This document shows, piece after piece, positions 1 to 9,511 of a DNA stretch of 64,000 nt. Below the pieces are notes generated by a model. That model did not search any database. It was not told the DNA's origin and saw only the letters and a list, made by a program, of their open reading frames with translations. Location of the stretch: NCBI RefSeq assembly GCF_017876405.1, contig NZ_JAGINW010000001.1, positions 693,203 to 757,202 on the forward strand, in the 5' to 3' direction. Made by a program: the position numbers and the translations under genes. The DNA is from Kibdelosporangium banguiense. GTDB lineage: Bacteria; Actinomycetota; Actinomycetes; Mycobacteriales; Pseudonocardiaceae. Every line of letters starts with the position of its first letter. Positions within the stretch are counted from its first letter, which is position 1.

Positions 1-426
1 CCACGGATTGCTTCTCCAGGGACAGTGCGATTGTTCCGCCTGGGACCAGGACTCGATGGGCTTCGGCCAAGGCTACGTCCGGATCCGGCAGGACCTGGAT
101 GACGAAACCGGCCGCGACCACGTCAAAACTGGCGTCGGGGAAGGCCAGCGCGCCGGCGTCCATCTGACGGGCCTCGATGTCCGGGAAGTCGCAGGCGAGG
201 CGTTCGACCATGCCTTGGGAGGCGTCGACTGCTGTGACTGTGCAGCCGAGTGAGAGGGCTGCGCGGGCGACGGCGCCGCGTCCTGCGCCGACGTCCAGGA
301 GGCGGGCGCCTGAAGGCGGGGAGGCGTGCTCGACGAGCAGTTTTCCGACTTCGGCCACGTACGGGAAGATCTCCTCATAACGGTCGGCCAGCTCGTCGTA
401 CTTACGTCTGCCCTGCTCAGTGCTGG
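1..426 (-). CDS. class I SAM-dependent methyltransferase (3' end lies outside the window)
   Basis: Minus-strand translation from GTG at 426 reads VTSTEQGRRKYDELADRYEEIFPYVAEVGKLLVEHASPPSGARLLDVGAGRGAVARAALSLGCTVTAVDAS... The glycine-rich SAM-binding motif LDVGAGRG is present. An AAGGGAG RBS sits 7 nt upstream. The ORF runs off the window edge, so it is missing from the ORF track. Confidence 0.7.
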
Positions 427-599
427 TCACGCTACTCCCTTCGGCCCAATGGGAGGCGAGCGTAGGCAGGTGCCTCACCTCTGGGATACCGCCGTCGGTG
501 GAGCCCGCGAAAAAAGTTTCCGCGGTCATGTCGATCCGGCTGTCGGCCGTTCGACGACTAGGTGTCAGGCAAGCGAGAGACCCTAGAGAGGACAGTCCG

Positions 600-1052
600 A
601 TGACCACCCAGACCCTGCGCCCCGAGACCGTTGCCTCCACCACCTCCGCCACCAAGTCCAAGAGCGACAAGCTGACCGGGATCACGCTGTCGGCCTTCCG
701 CGTTGTCGTCGCCTTCCTGTTCCTGTGCCACGGGTTGCAGGGGTTCGGCGCCTTCGGCGGTATCGACGGCGCCGGTACCGCGGTCTCGTTCGGCACGCTG
801 GGCTGGTGGGCAAGCACGATCGAGGTCGTCACCTCCGTTCTGGTGCTGAGCGGTGTGTTCACGCGGGTCGCGGCGCTGCTTGCGTCCGGCACCATGGCGT
901 ACGCCTACTTCTCGGTGCACCAGGCCCTCGCCCTGCTTCCGCTGCAGAACATGGGTGAGCCGGCCGCGCTGTACAGCTGGATCTTCCTGCTGATCGCCGT
1001 GCTGGGCCCGGGTTCACTGACCGTGGCCGGCGTGGTGCGCCGCCGCCGCTGA
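600..1052 (+). CDS. DoxX family membrane protein
   Basis: ORF 420..1052, trimmed to the ATG at 600 (MTTQTLRPE...), which follows a GAGAGG RBS. The hydrophobic stretches VVVAFLFLCHGLQGFGAFGG and SWIFLLIAVLGPGSL are typical of DoxX. Confidence 0.7.
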   Translation: MTTQTLRPETVASTTSATKSKSDKLTGITLSAFRVVVAFLFLCHGLQGFGAFGGIDGAGTAVSFGTLGWWASTIEVVTSVLVLSGVFTRVAALLASGTMAYAYFSVHQALALLPLQNMGEPAALYSWIFLLIAVLGPGSLTVAGVVRRRR

Positions 1053-1077
1053 CATACGAATTAACCGAAAACGCCAA

Positions 1078-1108
1078 GGACCCCTTGCGGCGCAGGGGGT
1101 CCTTTTCG
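1078..1108 (+). terminator. intrinsic terminator hairpin after the DoxX gene
   Basis: The GC stem ggacccc/gggggtcc flanks a loop and is followed by ttttcg. Confidence 0.5.
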
Positions 1109-1231
1109 ATGAATCATTTCCGGCCACCATTAGATGCATTTAATCCTTTTGGGTGAAGCTTGAACCAACGCGGTCCTGCGAGCTACCGTCATCCATTGAT
1201 CGGTCCACGCGGCTCAACATGGAGGCGGCTG

Positions 1232-2203
1232 ATGATGGCCCGCGATGACCAACTTGTGCACGATTTGAAGACGCTTCGCAAAGGACGCGGAATACTGGCG
1301 AGCGCGATCGGTTCACGGGTCGGCCCGGCACTGCGCCGGGCCAGCGGGACCAATGGGCTGGAGCACGCCGCGGACCTCCGGCGCAAACTGTCGGACCGGT
1401 TATGGCGCTGGTCGACGGAGTTACCGGAGGACCTGCGACTCGCCGTGCTGGCGGCGTTCGCGCTGGACCAGCCCGATCAGCTGCCGCTGTACAAGGACCG
1501 CGTCCGGCTGGTCGCCGAGCGGCTCAACCGCGACGAACGCACCGCGCGACGCCGGATCGACGAGGGCATCGAGCGGCTGGCCGAGGTGGCCATCGCCAAC
1601 TCCGTGCCTGCCGGGTTCACCGAGCCCGCGACCAGCTGGCACACCGAGGAACTGCGGGTCACGCTGGCGCTGGACCAGCCCACGCCGGAGGCGTTCGAGT
1701 TCCGCCGGATCGTGGCCGACCACGACCGGATCGAGCACGTCGACCTCGCGCTCGCCCTGACCGCGAACGGCCTGGCACGCGGCGAGGACCTGGAGATCGA
1801 CGTCTTCCACGGTGGCCGCGTGGCTGGCCGTGCCACGGAGCCGGCCGACCGGTCCGGGTACCGGCTCGCGCTGCCGAAAGCGTTGCGGCGCCACGAATCG
1901 CACCAGATCGGGCTGCGTTTCCGGGTCCGCCGGGACTGGCTGCTGGCGCCGCACTACGTCTGCGTGCCCAAGCACCGGTGCAGCGAGTTCGACCTGCGGG
2001 TCCGGTTCGACCTCGACCACCTGCCGTCGCGGATCTGGCGGCTGGTCAACGCCTTCCAGCGGGATGTGGAGGACCCCGAGCCGCGCGGCGAGGCGCTCCC
2101 GCTGGACCGCTCCGGCGAGATCCACACCCTGTTCCGCGAGCTCACGCCCGGCCTTGCCTACGGGATCCGGTGGCATCCCGGGAAAGGAACCGGCGCAGCT
2201 TGA
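1232..2203 (+). CDS. hypothetical protein
   Basis: ORF 1160..2203. The first ATG (1232, MMARDD) follows a GGAGG RBS at 1221-1225. The codon usage is coherent for high GC. I recognised no domain. Confidence 0.5.
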   Translation: MMARDDQLVHDLKTLRKGRGILASAIGSRVGPALRRASGTNGLEHAADLRRKLSDRLWRWSTELPEDLRLAVLAAFALDQPDQLPLYKDRVRLVAERLNRDERTARRRIDEGIERLAEVAIANSVPAGFTEPATSWHTEELRVTLALDQPTPEAFEFRRIVADHDRIEHVDLALALTANGLARGEDLEIDVFHGGRVAGRATEPADRSGYRLALPKALRRHESHQIGLRFRVRRDWLLAPHYVCVPKHRCSEFDLRVRFDLDHLPSRIWRLVNAFQRDVEDPEPRGEALPLDRSGEIHTLFRELTPGLAYGIRWHPGKGTGAA

Positions 2204-2819
2204 CCGATGCGGCCCGGCGCAGGCGATCGACCTGCGCCGGGTCGATGCCCAGCCGCCGCGCCACCTCGGCCGGGCCTTCGTCCCGGCGCCAGGCGCGGTA
2301 GGCCGCCCGCTCGTCGGACGTCAGGCCGATCAGACGCCCCAGCTTGGCCATGGCACGGGACTTCAGCTGCCGCGCGCCCGCGTAGCTCTTGTCCACGATT
2401 TTGGCCAGTTCCCGCAGGTCAAGGTCTGGATCCCGGGCCAGCTCCACGACCGCGCGCACCTGATCGGGGCTCAGCGTCGCGGCCAGCAGCGTGGTCAGCC
2501 ACTGCTCCCAGCCGACCGACTCCTGGGGTGTGCTCGTGGCCCGCTCCGGCAGTTCGCTCATCAAGACCGGCTGCCGGTTGCGTTCCTTGATCATGTCGAG
2601 CGCCGCGTAGTTCACGCAGCGGTCCAGCCAGCCGCGCAGGCCTTCGTGGTCCGGCTCGACGTTTCCCTGACGCAGCAAGCGTTCGCTCGCCGCTTGGTAC
2701 AGATCGTCGCGGTCCAGCGTGTAGCGGTGCGCGTAACCGTCGACGGTCGCGCGGAACCGCAGGTCAGGCTCGGCGATGATCCGCTGGAGAACCCGGTGTC
2801 CCGGGCGTTGGGTTGGCAT
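2142..2819 (-). CDS. sigma-70 family RNA polymerase sigma factor
   Basis: The 225-aa ORF has region-2-like DLYQAASERLLRQ...WLDRCVNYAALDMIKERNRQ and region-4-like LSPDQVRAVVELARDPDLDLRELAKIVDKSYAGARQLKSRAMAKL. Its 3' end overlaps the convergent gene 1232..2203 by about 60 bp. Confidence 0.7.
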   Translation of the reverse strand: MPTQRPGHRVLQRIIAEPDLRFRATVDGYAHRYTLDRDDLYQAASERLLRQGNVEPDHEGLRGWLDRCVNYAALDMIKERNRQPVLMSELPERATSTPQESVGWEQWLTTLLAATLSPDQVRAVVELARDPDLDLRELAKIVDKSYAGARQLKSRAMAKLGRLIGLTSDERAAYRAWRRDEGPAEVARRLGIDPAQVDRLRRAASVKLRRFLSRDATGSRRQGRA

Positions 2820-3036
2820 GACTTCTTGCCCGCTCGCGCAGTTCTACTTCCCTCTTGAGCAGAGAGGATGCCCCACGAACGGGCCGAAGAGCAGACCCAT
2901 GAAGGGACATTTTCGCGCGGACTGGCCATTTAGTGGACACCCTGGCTTGTGCGTCAGATGCCACAGACGGATGCACCGGGGCCTGCGAGTGTCGTCGCGA
3001 ACACCTCACCCCACCGGCTGAAGGACCCGTCCAGCC

Positions 3037-4293
3037 ATGAACTTCGAGAGAGATCATTTCTCCGGCGGACTGCTCGCCCTGCAGGAAAGACAGTACCCCC
3101 AAGCGGTTGAGGAGTTCGAGCACGCGCTCAACGATGAGCCCGGCCCGGCGCGGTTCTACGCCGCGCTGGCCCTGCTCGGCGGTCGCAACCCCGGTGAGAA
3201 GAACCCGGACGACATCGAGCGGATCGAGGAATACCTCGATCAGGTACACCTGTACACGAACGTGACCGCGCAGTACCAGGCGAACGTCCTGCGTGCGATC
3301 GTGCACGAGGACTACTACGACCGGTACAACATGCACGCGGGCCAACTGGACCCGGAAATGCTGCGGGCCAGCATCGAAGGCCTCAGCGCCCCCGAACTCG
3401 AGCCACTGGTCAAGCACATCGGCCCAGCCCCGCACAGCCGGACGTGGACGGCGGTACAGCAGGTCGCGGTCCATTTCGGCCTGCTCACCCGCCGCCCGGA
3501 ACGCACCCGCGGGACCACCCGGTTCCCCGACCCGGCCCGGCCCGCGGCGGTGGCCAGGTACTTCGTGCCCACGCCGCCACGCCGCGACAGTTCCCGGTTC
3601 GCGATGGCGTTCGCCGGCGCGGCGGCACTGGTCCTGCTGGGGATCATGGTGCAGAGCTTCGGCACGCTCGTGCTGGTCGCGGGTGCGTTGCTGCTGGCCA
3701 AATGGGGGTACGACGACCTGCAGCACTACAAGACGTACCTGCGCCGGTACGCCCAGGCCGAGCCGAAACCCACCGAGGCGCAGATGGATCACTGGCTGGC
3801 CGAGGACATCAGGGAGATCACCCGGGTGGCCGGCGAGAAGGTCATGCTCAACACCGAACTCAAGATCCACGGCGGGGACCTGGTCTACCCGCCGCAGGTG
3901 GTGGCCGGCTACGACGTGGACGAATCCGTGGTCCGGCTTGGCGACGACAACACGTGGCACACCGACACACACGACCTGATGGTCATGTTCCTGACCGACA
4001 CCCTGATCAGTATCTACCGCTGCGACCTCGATTTCCGGACCGGCTGCACGACATTGGAGCAAATCGACGAATATCACTATCGGGACATCGTCGCGGTGTC
4101 CGAATCCGCGGTCACCGCACCCGGCCGATTAATCGCGCAAATGTTCACATTATCCATTTCCGACGGCTCGAAGGTATCGGTCGCGATCAGAATCGACTCG
4201 ACGGAGGATTCCGGCGCGCGAACCGCGTGGGCAGGAAACGAGGAGGCGTTGCGCATAGTCAAAAAGATGGTCCGCGCCCGGCACACTGTCTGA
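3037..4293 (+). CDS. hypothetical membrane protein (cytoplasmic N-terminal helical/TPR-like region, one central TM segment, C-terminal extracytoplasmic domain)
   Basis: The 418-aa ORF has a central hydrophobic stretch FAMAFAGAAALVLLGIMVQSFGTLVLVAGALLLA. It is divergent from the sigma factor at 2819. Confidence 0.55.
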   Translation: MNFERDHFSGGLLALQERQYPQAVEEFEHALNDEPGPARFYAALALLGGRNPGEKNPDDIERIEEYLDQVHLYTNVTAQYQANVLRAIVHEDYYDRYNMHAGQLDPEMLRASIEGLSAPELEPLVKHIGPAPHSRTWTAVQQVAVHFGLLTRRPERTRGTTRFPDPARPAAVARYFVPTPPRRDSSRFAMAFAGAAALVLLGIMVQSFGTLVLVAGALLLAKWGYDDLQHYKTYLRRYAQAEPKPTEAQMDHWLAEDIREITRVAGEKVMLNTELKIHGGDLVYPPQVVAGYDVDESVVRLGDDNTWHTDTHDLMVMFLTDTLISIYRCDLDFRTGCTTLEQIDEYHYRDIVAVSESAVTAPGRLIAQMFTLSISDGSKVSVAIRIDSTEDSGARTAWAGNEEALRIVKKMVRARHTV

Positions 4294-4403
4294 AGTTAGG
4301 AGAAGCCCATGCACGTACCGGCCGCGGCCGCGCAAGGGGACCCGGGTCACCCGGACGGCACGGCCCAGGCCGGGAGACCTCACTGTGAATCGTGAACGCC
4401 GGC

Positions 4404-4433
4404 CCCTCGTGAGCACCCGAATCTCACGAGGGG
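4404..4433. terminator. bidirectional terminator-like hairpin (cccctcgtgag / ctcacgagggg)
   Basis: A perfect 11-bp stem with a 9-nt loop sits at the convergent junction of 3037..4293 (+) and the Crp/Fnr gene (-). The same stem sequence recurs at 17093-17129. Confidence 0.5.
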
Positions 4434-5080
4434 TCGCCCTCCGCGAACCGGTTGAGCACGTCCAGGCGCAGTACCTCGAAGTTGCCCCGGTTGGTCCGGA
4501 TCGCCCCGGCCTCGCGGAACGTCTTCAACGCCTTGGCCACAGCCTCCCGCGACGCCCCGGCGGCCTCGGCGAGCTCGGACTGGCGCAGTTTCACCCGGAC
4601 ACCACCGCGAATCGGCTCGCCGTACGCGCGGGCGTAGTCGATCAAGAGTCTGGCCGTGCGGCTGGAGACGTCGTACGCGCCGTGCTCAAGCCGGCGCCGC
4701 GTGGACTCCCTCAGCCTGCCCACCACCATCTTGAGCAACTCCACTGTGACGCTCGACGTGCCGAGCATGAACCGGTGGAACTCCGGGCCGGTCAACGACA
4801 CCGCCTGGACGTCGGTCAGCGCCGTGACCGTGGCCGACCGCTCACCACCGTCGATCGCCGAGAACTCACCAAGCAGATCACCCGGACCACGGATCGCCAT
4901 CAGCACCTGCCGCCCGCTCGGCGCGGCCAGGCTGACTTTCACCTGGCCGCTGGTCAGCAGCACCACGTGGTCGGACACCTCGGACTCGCGGATCAGCACA
5001 TCACCCTGTGACCAGCCCCGCGGGGTCCCCGCGGCGATCAGTTTGCGCCGTCCTTCCTCACTCAGCCGCCAGCTCATCAC
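4424..5080 (-). CDS. Crp/Fnr family transcriptional regulator
   Basis: A cNMP-binding-like region (VLIRESEVSDHVVLLTSGQVKV...GPGDLLGEFSAIDGGERSATVTALTDVQAV) is followed by a C-terminal HTH (RQSELAEAAGASREAVAKALKTFREAGAI). Confidence 0.75.
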   Translation of the reverse strand: MMSWRLSEEGRRKLIAAGTPRGWSQGDVLIRESEVSDHVVLLTSGQVKVSLAAPSGRQVLMAIRGPGDLLGEFSAIDGGERSATVTALTDVQAVSLTGPEFHRFMLGTSSVTVELLKMVVGRLRESTRRRLEHGAYDVSSRTARLLIDYARAYGEPIRGGVRVKLRQSELAEAAGASREAVAKALKTFREAGAIRTNRGNFEVLRLDVLNRFAEGDPS

Positions 5081-5136
5081 CCACTCCTCGACAAGTCAGT
5101 CGATAGAAGTACTGCCGCGGAACATCGTTTTGTGAC

Positions 5137-5616
5137 TCAGAGCCAGTAGTTGTCGTGCTTGAGGAAGAAGTCGATCTGGTCCTGCTCGGACATGCCGCCC
5201 AGATCGGGAATGCCCTCGAAGTACCCTTCCCTTGGCGCGCCGGGTGAGAAGTGCAGCAGCATCGAGGCCGGCGCACCGGACTCGTTGCGGAACCCATGGA
5301 TCCCGCCGGCCGGCACGTGCACGAAGTCGCCCGGCGTGGTGTCGATCCACTCGGTGCCGTTGTAGATCTTGATCGTGCCGGTCAGCACGTAGAACGACTC
5401 GGTGATCGTCTTGTGGAAGTGCGCGGGCGGGCCACTTGGCTCAGGCCCCATCTCCCAGCGGTACAAGCCGAACAGGCCGCCAGTGGACTCGCCGGTGGCC
5501 AGGTAGTGGACCGTGTTGCCGTTGGCGTAGGTCCAGTCCGGCTTGGCGTCGGCCGGGCGATACCGGGCGCTCTTCTCACCTTCGGTGCCGTGGTAGATCG
5601 GCTCTGGGTAAGACAT
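5137..5616 (-). CDS. cupin domain protein
   Basis: The 159-aa ORF carries cupin motifs: HFHKTITESFYVLTGT ... GDFVHVPAGGIHGFRN. Confidence 0.7.
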   Translation of the reverse strand: MSYPEPIYHGTEGEKSARYRPADAKPDWTYANGNTVHYLATGESTGGLFGLYRWEMGPEPSGPPAHFHKTITESFYVLTGTIKIYNGTEWIDTTPGDFVHVPAGGIHGFRNESGAPASMLLHFSPGAPREGYFEGIPDLGGMSEQDQIDFFLKHDNYWL

Positions 5617-5671
5617 GTGGTGGTTCCTTTCCCCAGGTTCGTCGCCGAAACCCTACCCCCGCCAGGGACAA

Positions 5672-5763
5672 TCACGCTTCGTGACGCATACCCGGTTCGG
5701 GTGATTTCCGACCGAATGACATGAGCGACCGTGAGCGCCAAGTACGGTGGTGTCATGGCATCC
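5672..5763 (+). repeat. copy A of a duplicated ~92-bp 5' leader/start region (partner at 6108-6198)
   Basis: It is about 80% identical to 6108-6198. Both end in ATGGCATCC (start codon plus the first two codons). The shared cores are ccggttcgggtgatt(t/c)ccga and gtgagcg.c.gtgagcgcc. Confidence 0.6.
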
Positions 5764-6078
5764 GAAGAGACATACGAAGCACGGCTGACCCACGTCGAAC
5801 AAGAGGTTCGGCTGGCGAGGTCCGATGCAGCTGCGGCGCGCGTGCTCGCACAGCGCTGCGACAGGGATGTCGAATCGTTCGGTGACAAGCTAGCGGTCCA
5901 GAAGACACTGATAGAGGCAGTCCGCGAAACCCAGGTAACGCACGGCCAGACGCTGACAGAGCACGGGCATCAGCTCAAGTCTCTGACGGCCGAGGTGCGA
6001 GAAGGGTTCGCCAGGCAAGCCGTGGGTCAGGCTCAGATAACCGCGTTGCTCGACCGGATCATCGACAACAAGTACTGA
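5755..6078 (+). CDS. small hypothetical protein (predicted coiled coil)
   Basis: MASEETYEARLTHVEQEVRLARSDAAAARVLAQR... The ORF track gives GTG at 5731, but the ATG at 5755 matches the duplicated leader. It sits between two copies of the same leader. Confidence 0.45.
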   Translation: MASEETYEARLTHVEQEVRLARSDAAAARVLAQRCDRDVESFGDKLAVQKTLIEAVRETQVTHGQTLTEHGHQLKSLTAEVREGFARQAVGQAQITALLDRIIDNKY

Positions 6079-6107
6079 CACCGACAGTCGACACTCACCA
6101 GGCGCAA

Positions 6108-6198
6108 CCACGTTCCGTGACACACACCGGTTCGGGTGATTCCCGATCAAACAGTGTGAGCGGCTGTGAGCGCCCGGTAGAGTGACGGCATGGCATCC
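6108..6198 (+). repeat. copy B of the duplicated leader, immediately upstream of and including the start of the carboxylesterase gene
   Basis: See 5672-5763. A TAGAGT -10-like hexamer lies 7 nt before the ATG, which suggests a leaderless transcript. Confidence 0.6.
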
Positions 6199-7644
6199 AC
6201 GACCGTGGACACCCGCCACGGCGCCGTTCGCGGCGCCGTGGCGGGCGGTGTGATCGCTTTCAAGGGCATCCCGTATGCCGCACCACCTGTTGGGCCGAAC
6301 CGTTTCCTTCCTCCTCAGCCTGTCGTGCCATGGACAGGTGTCCGCGATGCCACGCGATTCGGCCCGACAGCACCAAAAGCTCCGTATGCCCCGCCGCTTG
6401 ACGCCCTGATCCACGAGGTCGACGTTCCCGGCGAGGACTATCTCAACCTCAATGTCTGGACGCCGGACCTCAGTGGGCGGCTGCCCGTCATGGTGTGGAT
6501 CCATGGCGGGGCCTTCGTCAACGGGTCGGGGTCCGCGTACGACGGTTCGGCGTTCGCGCGGGACGGCGTGGTGTGCGTGACGTTGAACTATCGCCTTGGC
6601 ACAGATGGGTTTCTGTACTTCGAGGACACTGCGAACCGGGGCCTGCTGGACCAGGTCGCGGCGCTGCAGTGGGTTCAGGACAACATCGAGGCGTTCGGCG
6701 GCGATCCGGGTCAGATCACGGTCTTCGGTGAGTCGGCCGGCGGGATGAGCATCGGCATGCTGCTGGGGATGCCCAAGGCGACAGGGCTTTTCCACCGGGC
6801 CATCCTGCAGAGTGGTGGGTCGCAGCACGCGGTCGGGCCCGCCACCGCCGAGAAGCTCAAGCTGGCGCTCGCCGGCAAACTCGGTGTGGCACCGACAAAG
6901 GAAGGGTTCTCAGCCGTCCCGACCGAGCAACTTGTTGTCGCGCAACAGCAACTCCGGGGCGCTGTTGCCATGCAGCCGGATCCCGGCCTGTGGGGTGAGG
7001 CCGCGCTGACGATGTTGCCGTTCGCGCCGGTGATCGACGGTGACACGATTCCGGGCCCACCGAACGAGCACTTGGCCGAGGGTGTGGACATCCTGGTCGG
7101 CTCGAACTCTGACGAGTTCCGGCTCTACGTCGTGCCCAACGGCGCGTTCGACTACATCGGCGAGGAACGGCTGAACGCCGCGTTCCGCCAGTTCGGGCTG
7201 GATCCCGTCGAGGGCAGAGCCGTGTATCAGGCCAGCCGGCCCGGTGCGGCGGCCAACGAGTTGTTCTGCGCGGTGTTCACCGACTGGCACTTCCGGATTC
7301 CGGCGATCCGCATCGCTGAGCGGGCGCGGACCGCGTACATGTACGAGTTCGCTTGGCAGGCGCCGACTTTCGACGGCAAGCTCGGTGCTTGTCACGCTGC
7401 CGACATCCCGTTCGTGTTCGACAATCTGGACGACAACCTGTTCGAGAACCTGCTCGGCCCGCACCTGCCGCAGCACTTGGCCGACACCATGCACAGTGCG
7501 TGGGTTTCCTTTGCCACCCACGGAAACCCCGGTTGGTTCCCCTACGAGACGGGCAATCGCAGCACAATGCGGTTCGACATCGAGTCCGAGGTGGTCGTGC
7601 ACCCTCAGGCCGAGGAGCTCGCGCTCTGGGAAGGGGTCCGCTAG
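6190..7644 (+). CDS. carboxylesterase/lipase family protein (type-B carboxylesterase)
   Basis: The 484-aa ORF has the catalytic-serine motif FGESAGGMS, the N-terminal HGAVRG...FKGIPYAAPPVGPNRF, and the oxyanion-hole region WIHGGAF. Confidence 0.85.
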   Translation: MASTTVDTRHGAVRGAVAGGVIAFKGIPYAAPPVGPNRFLPPQPVVPWTGVRDATRFGPTAPKAPYAPPLDALIHEVDVPGEDYLNLNVWTPDLSGRLPVMVWIHGGAFVNGSGSAYDGSAFARDGVVCVTLNYRLGTDGFLYFEDTANRGLLDQVAALQWVQDNIEAFGGDPGQITVFGESAGGMSIGMLLGMPKATGLFHRAILQSGGSQHAVGPATAEKLKLALAGKLGVAPTKEGFSAVPTEQLVVAQQQLRGAVAMQPDPGLWGEAALTMLPFAPVIDGDTIPGPPNEHLAEGVDILVGSNSDEFRLYVVPNGAFDYIGEERLNAAFRQFGLDPVEGRAVYQASRPGAAANELFCAVFTDWHFRIPAIRIAERARTAYMYEFAWQAPTFDGKLGACHAADIPFVFDNLDDNLFENLLGPHLPQHLADTMHSAWVSFATHGNPGWFPYETGNRSTMRFDIESEVVVHPQAEELALWEGVR

Positions 7645-7714
7645 CAGGACCGGAACCCCATCGGGCCGGGCGGTGTAGATACATCGCCAGGTCTTTCTAC
7701 CTTTGGGGATTGCC

Positions 7715-8323
7715 ATGCGCCGGTTAGTGCTGTTCGTCGCCGCTCTGTTCCTGCTACTCGCAACGCCCGCGTCGGCCGGCGGCCCGACCAGTGTGCTGAT
7801 CACGTCGCCGACCGAACAGCGCGCTGCCGCTCTGTACATGTACCAGTCCAGTTACAGCGAGTTAGGGTCGGCGATCGGAACGGGCCAGCCCATGGCCGAC
7901 CCGCAGGCGCCGATGTTGCACGGAACCCCGGGAAGCAGTGCGATCAATGTGACCTGGCTGATCCATGACGTCCAGGTCTGGCGCGTGGACCACATCTTCC
8001 TGAGCGCCACCGACGGGCCCTGGATCGAGACATACGAGTCGTATGAGGGCGTGAAGTTCGATCAGCGGGGCGTCGTGCATCGTCCGGCGAATGCATCGAA
8101 GCTCACCGAGCTGCTCACCGAGATCCTCGGTGCACCCGATCAGAGCAAAGCGCAGCCGGCTCGGACCATTGTCACGTCGTCTGCCCCCGCGGCTGCTCCC
8201 CCGCCGGGCATTCAATGGACTTCGCTGGTCATCGGCATAGTCGGCGGCATGGTGCTCGCCGTGTTCGGCCGCGTGGTGGTCGGCGTGCTGCGGCGCAAAA
8301 CTCCTGTCAACCCGGTTGGGTAG
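7715..8323 (+). CDS. secreted/membrane-anchored hypothetical protein
   Basis: The ATG at 7715 follows a GGGGA RBS. There is a signal peptide (MRRLVLFVAALFLLLATPASA) and a C-terminal TM segment (WTSLVIGIVGGMVLAVFGRVVVGVL). Confidence 0.55.
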   Translation: MRRLVLFVAALFLLLATPASAGGPTSVLITSPTEQRAAALYMYQSSYSELGSAIGTGQPMADPQAPMLHGTPGSSAINVTWLIHDVQVWRVDHIFLSATDGPWIETYESYEGVKFDQRGVVHRPANASKLTELLTEILGAPDQSKAQPARTIVTSSAPAAAPPPGIQWTSLVIGIVGGMVLAVFGRVVVGVLRRKTPVNPVG

Positions 8324-8340
8324 GTCCGCGTGTTAGATGC

Positions 8341-8829
8341 ATGCGGGATGTGGCTGAGCTTTACCGCCAGGAGTGGCACGGGCTGCTGCGGCTGGCCGTG
8401 CTGCTCACTGGGGACCGGGGTCAGGCCGAGGACCTGGTGCAGGACGCCTTCGTAGGTCTGCAACGCCGGTTCCACCGGCTCACCGACCCAGTCGGCGCCA
8501 TCGGCTACCTGCGGGTTTCCGTCGTGAACGGCGCCCGTTCCGCACAACGACGGCGCATTGTGGCGTGGCGGCATCAACGAGCGGCCGAACCCGACGGCCA
8601 GCCACCCCTCGACGCCGAGCTGCTACTGGCCGAGGAACACCGGGAAGTGCTCACTGCGGTTCGCCGATTGCCCCGACGTCAACAGGAGGTATTGATCCTC
8701 CGCTACTGGGCCAACCTCTCCGAGGCCGAGATCGCCGCAACCCTCGGCGTCTCCCGCGGCACCGTGAAGACCTGCGCATCCCGCGCACTGGCAACACTAG
8801 GCGACCGGTTGGGAGTTCGTCATGCTTGA
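8341..8829 (+). CDS. ECF-type RNA polymerase sigma factor (SigE-like)
   Basis: The 163-aa protein has region 2 (LLRLAVLLTGDRGQAEDLVQDAFVGL) and region 4 (RRQQEVLILRYWANLSEAEIAATLGVSRGTVKTCASRALATL). Confidence 0.8.
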   Translation: MRDVAELYRQEWHGLLRLAVLLTGDRGQAEDLVQDAFVGLQRRFHRLTDPVGAIGYLRVSVVNGARSAQRRRIVAWRHQRAAEPDGQPPLDAELLLAEEHREVLTAVRRLPRRQQEVLILRYWANLSEAEIAATLGVSRGTVKTCASRALATLGDRLGVRHA

Positions 8830-9286
8830 GGATCGTCTCCGGGACGCCTTCACCGCCCTCGCCGATACAGCCGACTCCCCACCTCCCGGCCTACGGCATC
8901 CGGCCAGCCGCGCCCCAGCCATCGCAGCCGCAGCCGCAGTCCTGGTCATCGGAGGAGGCGCATGGTTCGCATTCCAACCAGAACCCGTCCAGATCACCCC
9001 GGCTCCTGCTCAGACCACCGCGCCAACCACCACGCAGCCACAGCCGCCCGTGCTCCATTTCCAGCTCTACACCCACTGCGGAGTCGACGAAGCCCTGATC
9101 GGAAGAACCTTCTACGAAGCGGAAACCCCCATCCCCGGCCCCCCGTCCGACTGGGGCAACCCCTACCAGGCCGGCACCATGACACTGACCTCACCAACAG
9201 AGGCCGTCTTCCAGGACGACCTCGGCCACAAGGTCAAATTCCGAGCCCGCCCAGGCGCCACAGCCTTCAAACGCATCTGCAAGTAA
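8822..9286 (+). CDS. putative anti-sigma factor / membrane protein co-translated with the ECF sigma factor
   Basis: Its ATG overlaps the sigma stop (ATGCTTGA). The N-terminus resembles anti-sigma proteins (MLEDRLRDAFTALAD). A TM segment (AAAAAVLVIGGGAWFAF) is followed by a Pro/Thr-rich linker. Confidence 0.5.
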   Translation: MLEDRLRDAFTALADTADSPPPGLRHPASRAPAIAAAAAVLVIGGGAWFAFQPEPVQITPAPAQTTAPTTTQPQPPVLHFQLYTHCGVDEALIGRTFYEAETPIPGPPSDWGNPYQAGTMTLTSPTEAVFQDDLGHKVKFRARPGATAFKRICK

Positions 9287-9511
9287 CACACGCGCGGTGA
9301 CCTGCTTGGCCTCCGGCCCCCGGTTTCCAGCTTAGCCGATAGGACCGATAGGGACTGTCGCGATTGGATCTGGTTGTGGATGGGTGGGGCTGCTGTGGAC
9401 AACAGCTGGGTTTGGGGCGCGGGACAGCGGAACTTGTCGGTGCTCCCCGGTAGGCTGGGAATCGGGGGGCCGGAGGCTGCGCTGGGTGGGCGCTTGGGCT
9501 TGGCGTGCGCG

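Noticed and set aside
1402-2301. Long Arg/Pro/Ala-rich ORFs on both strands overlapping real genes (e.g. 1402..2301 +, 1421..2176 -, 2207..2590 +)
   Set aside because: These are typical high-GC shadow ORFs. They have low-complexity RPAG-rich translations with no motifs, and they overlap a coherent gene in another frame.
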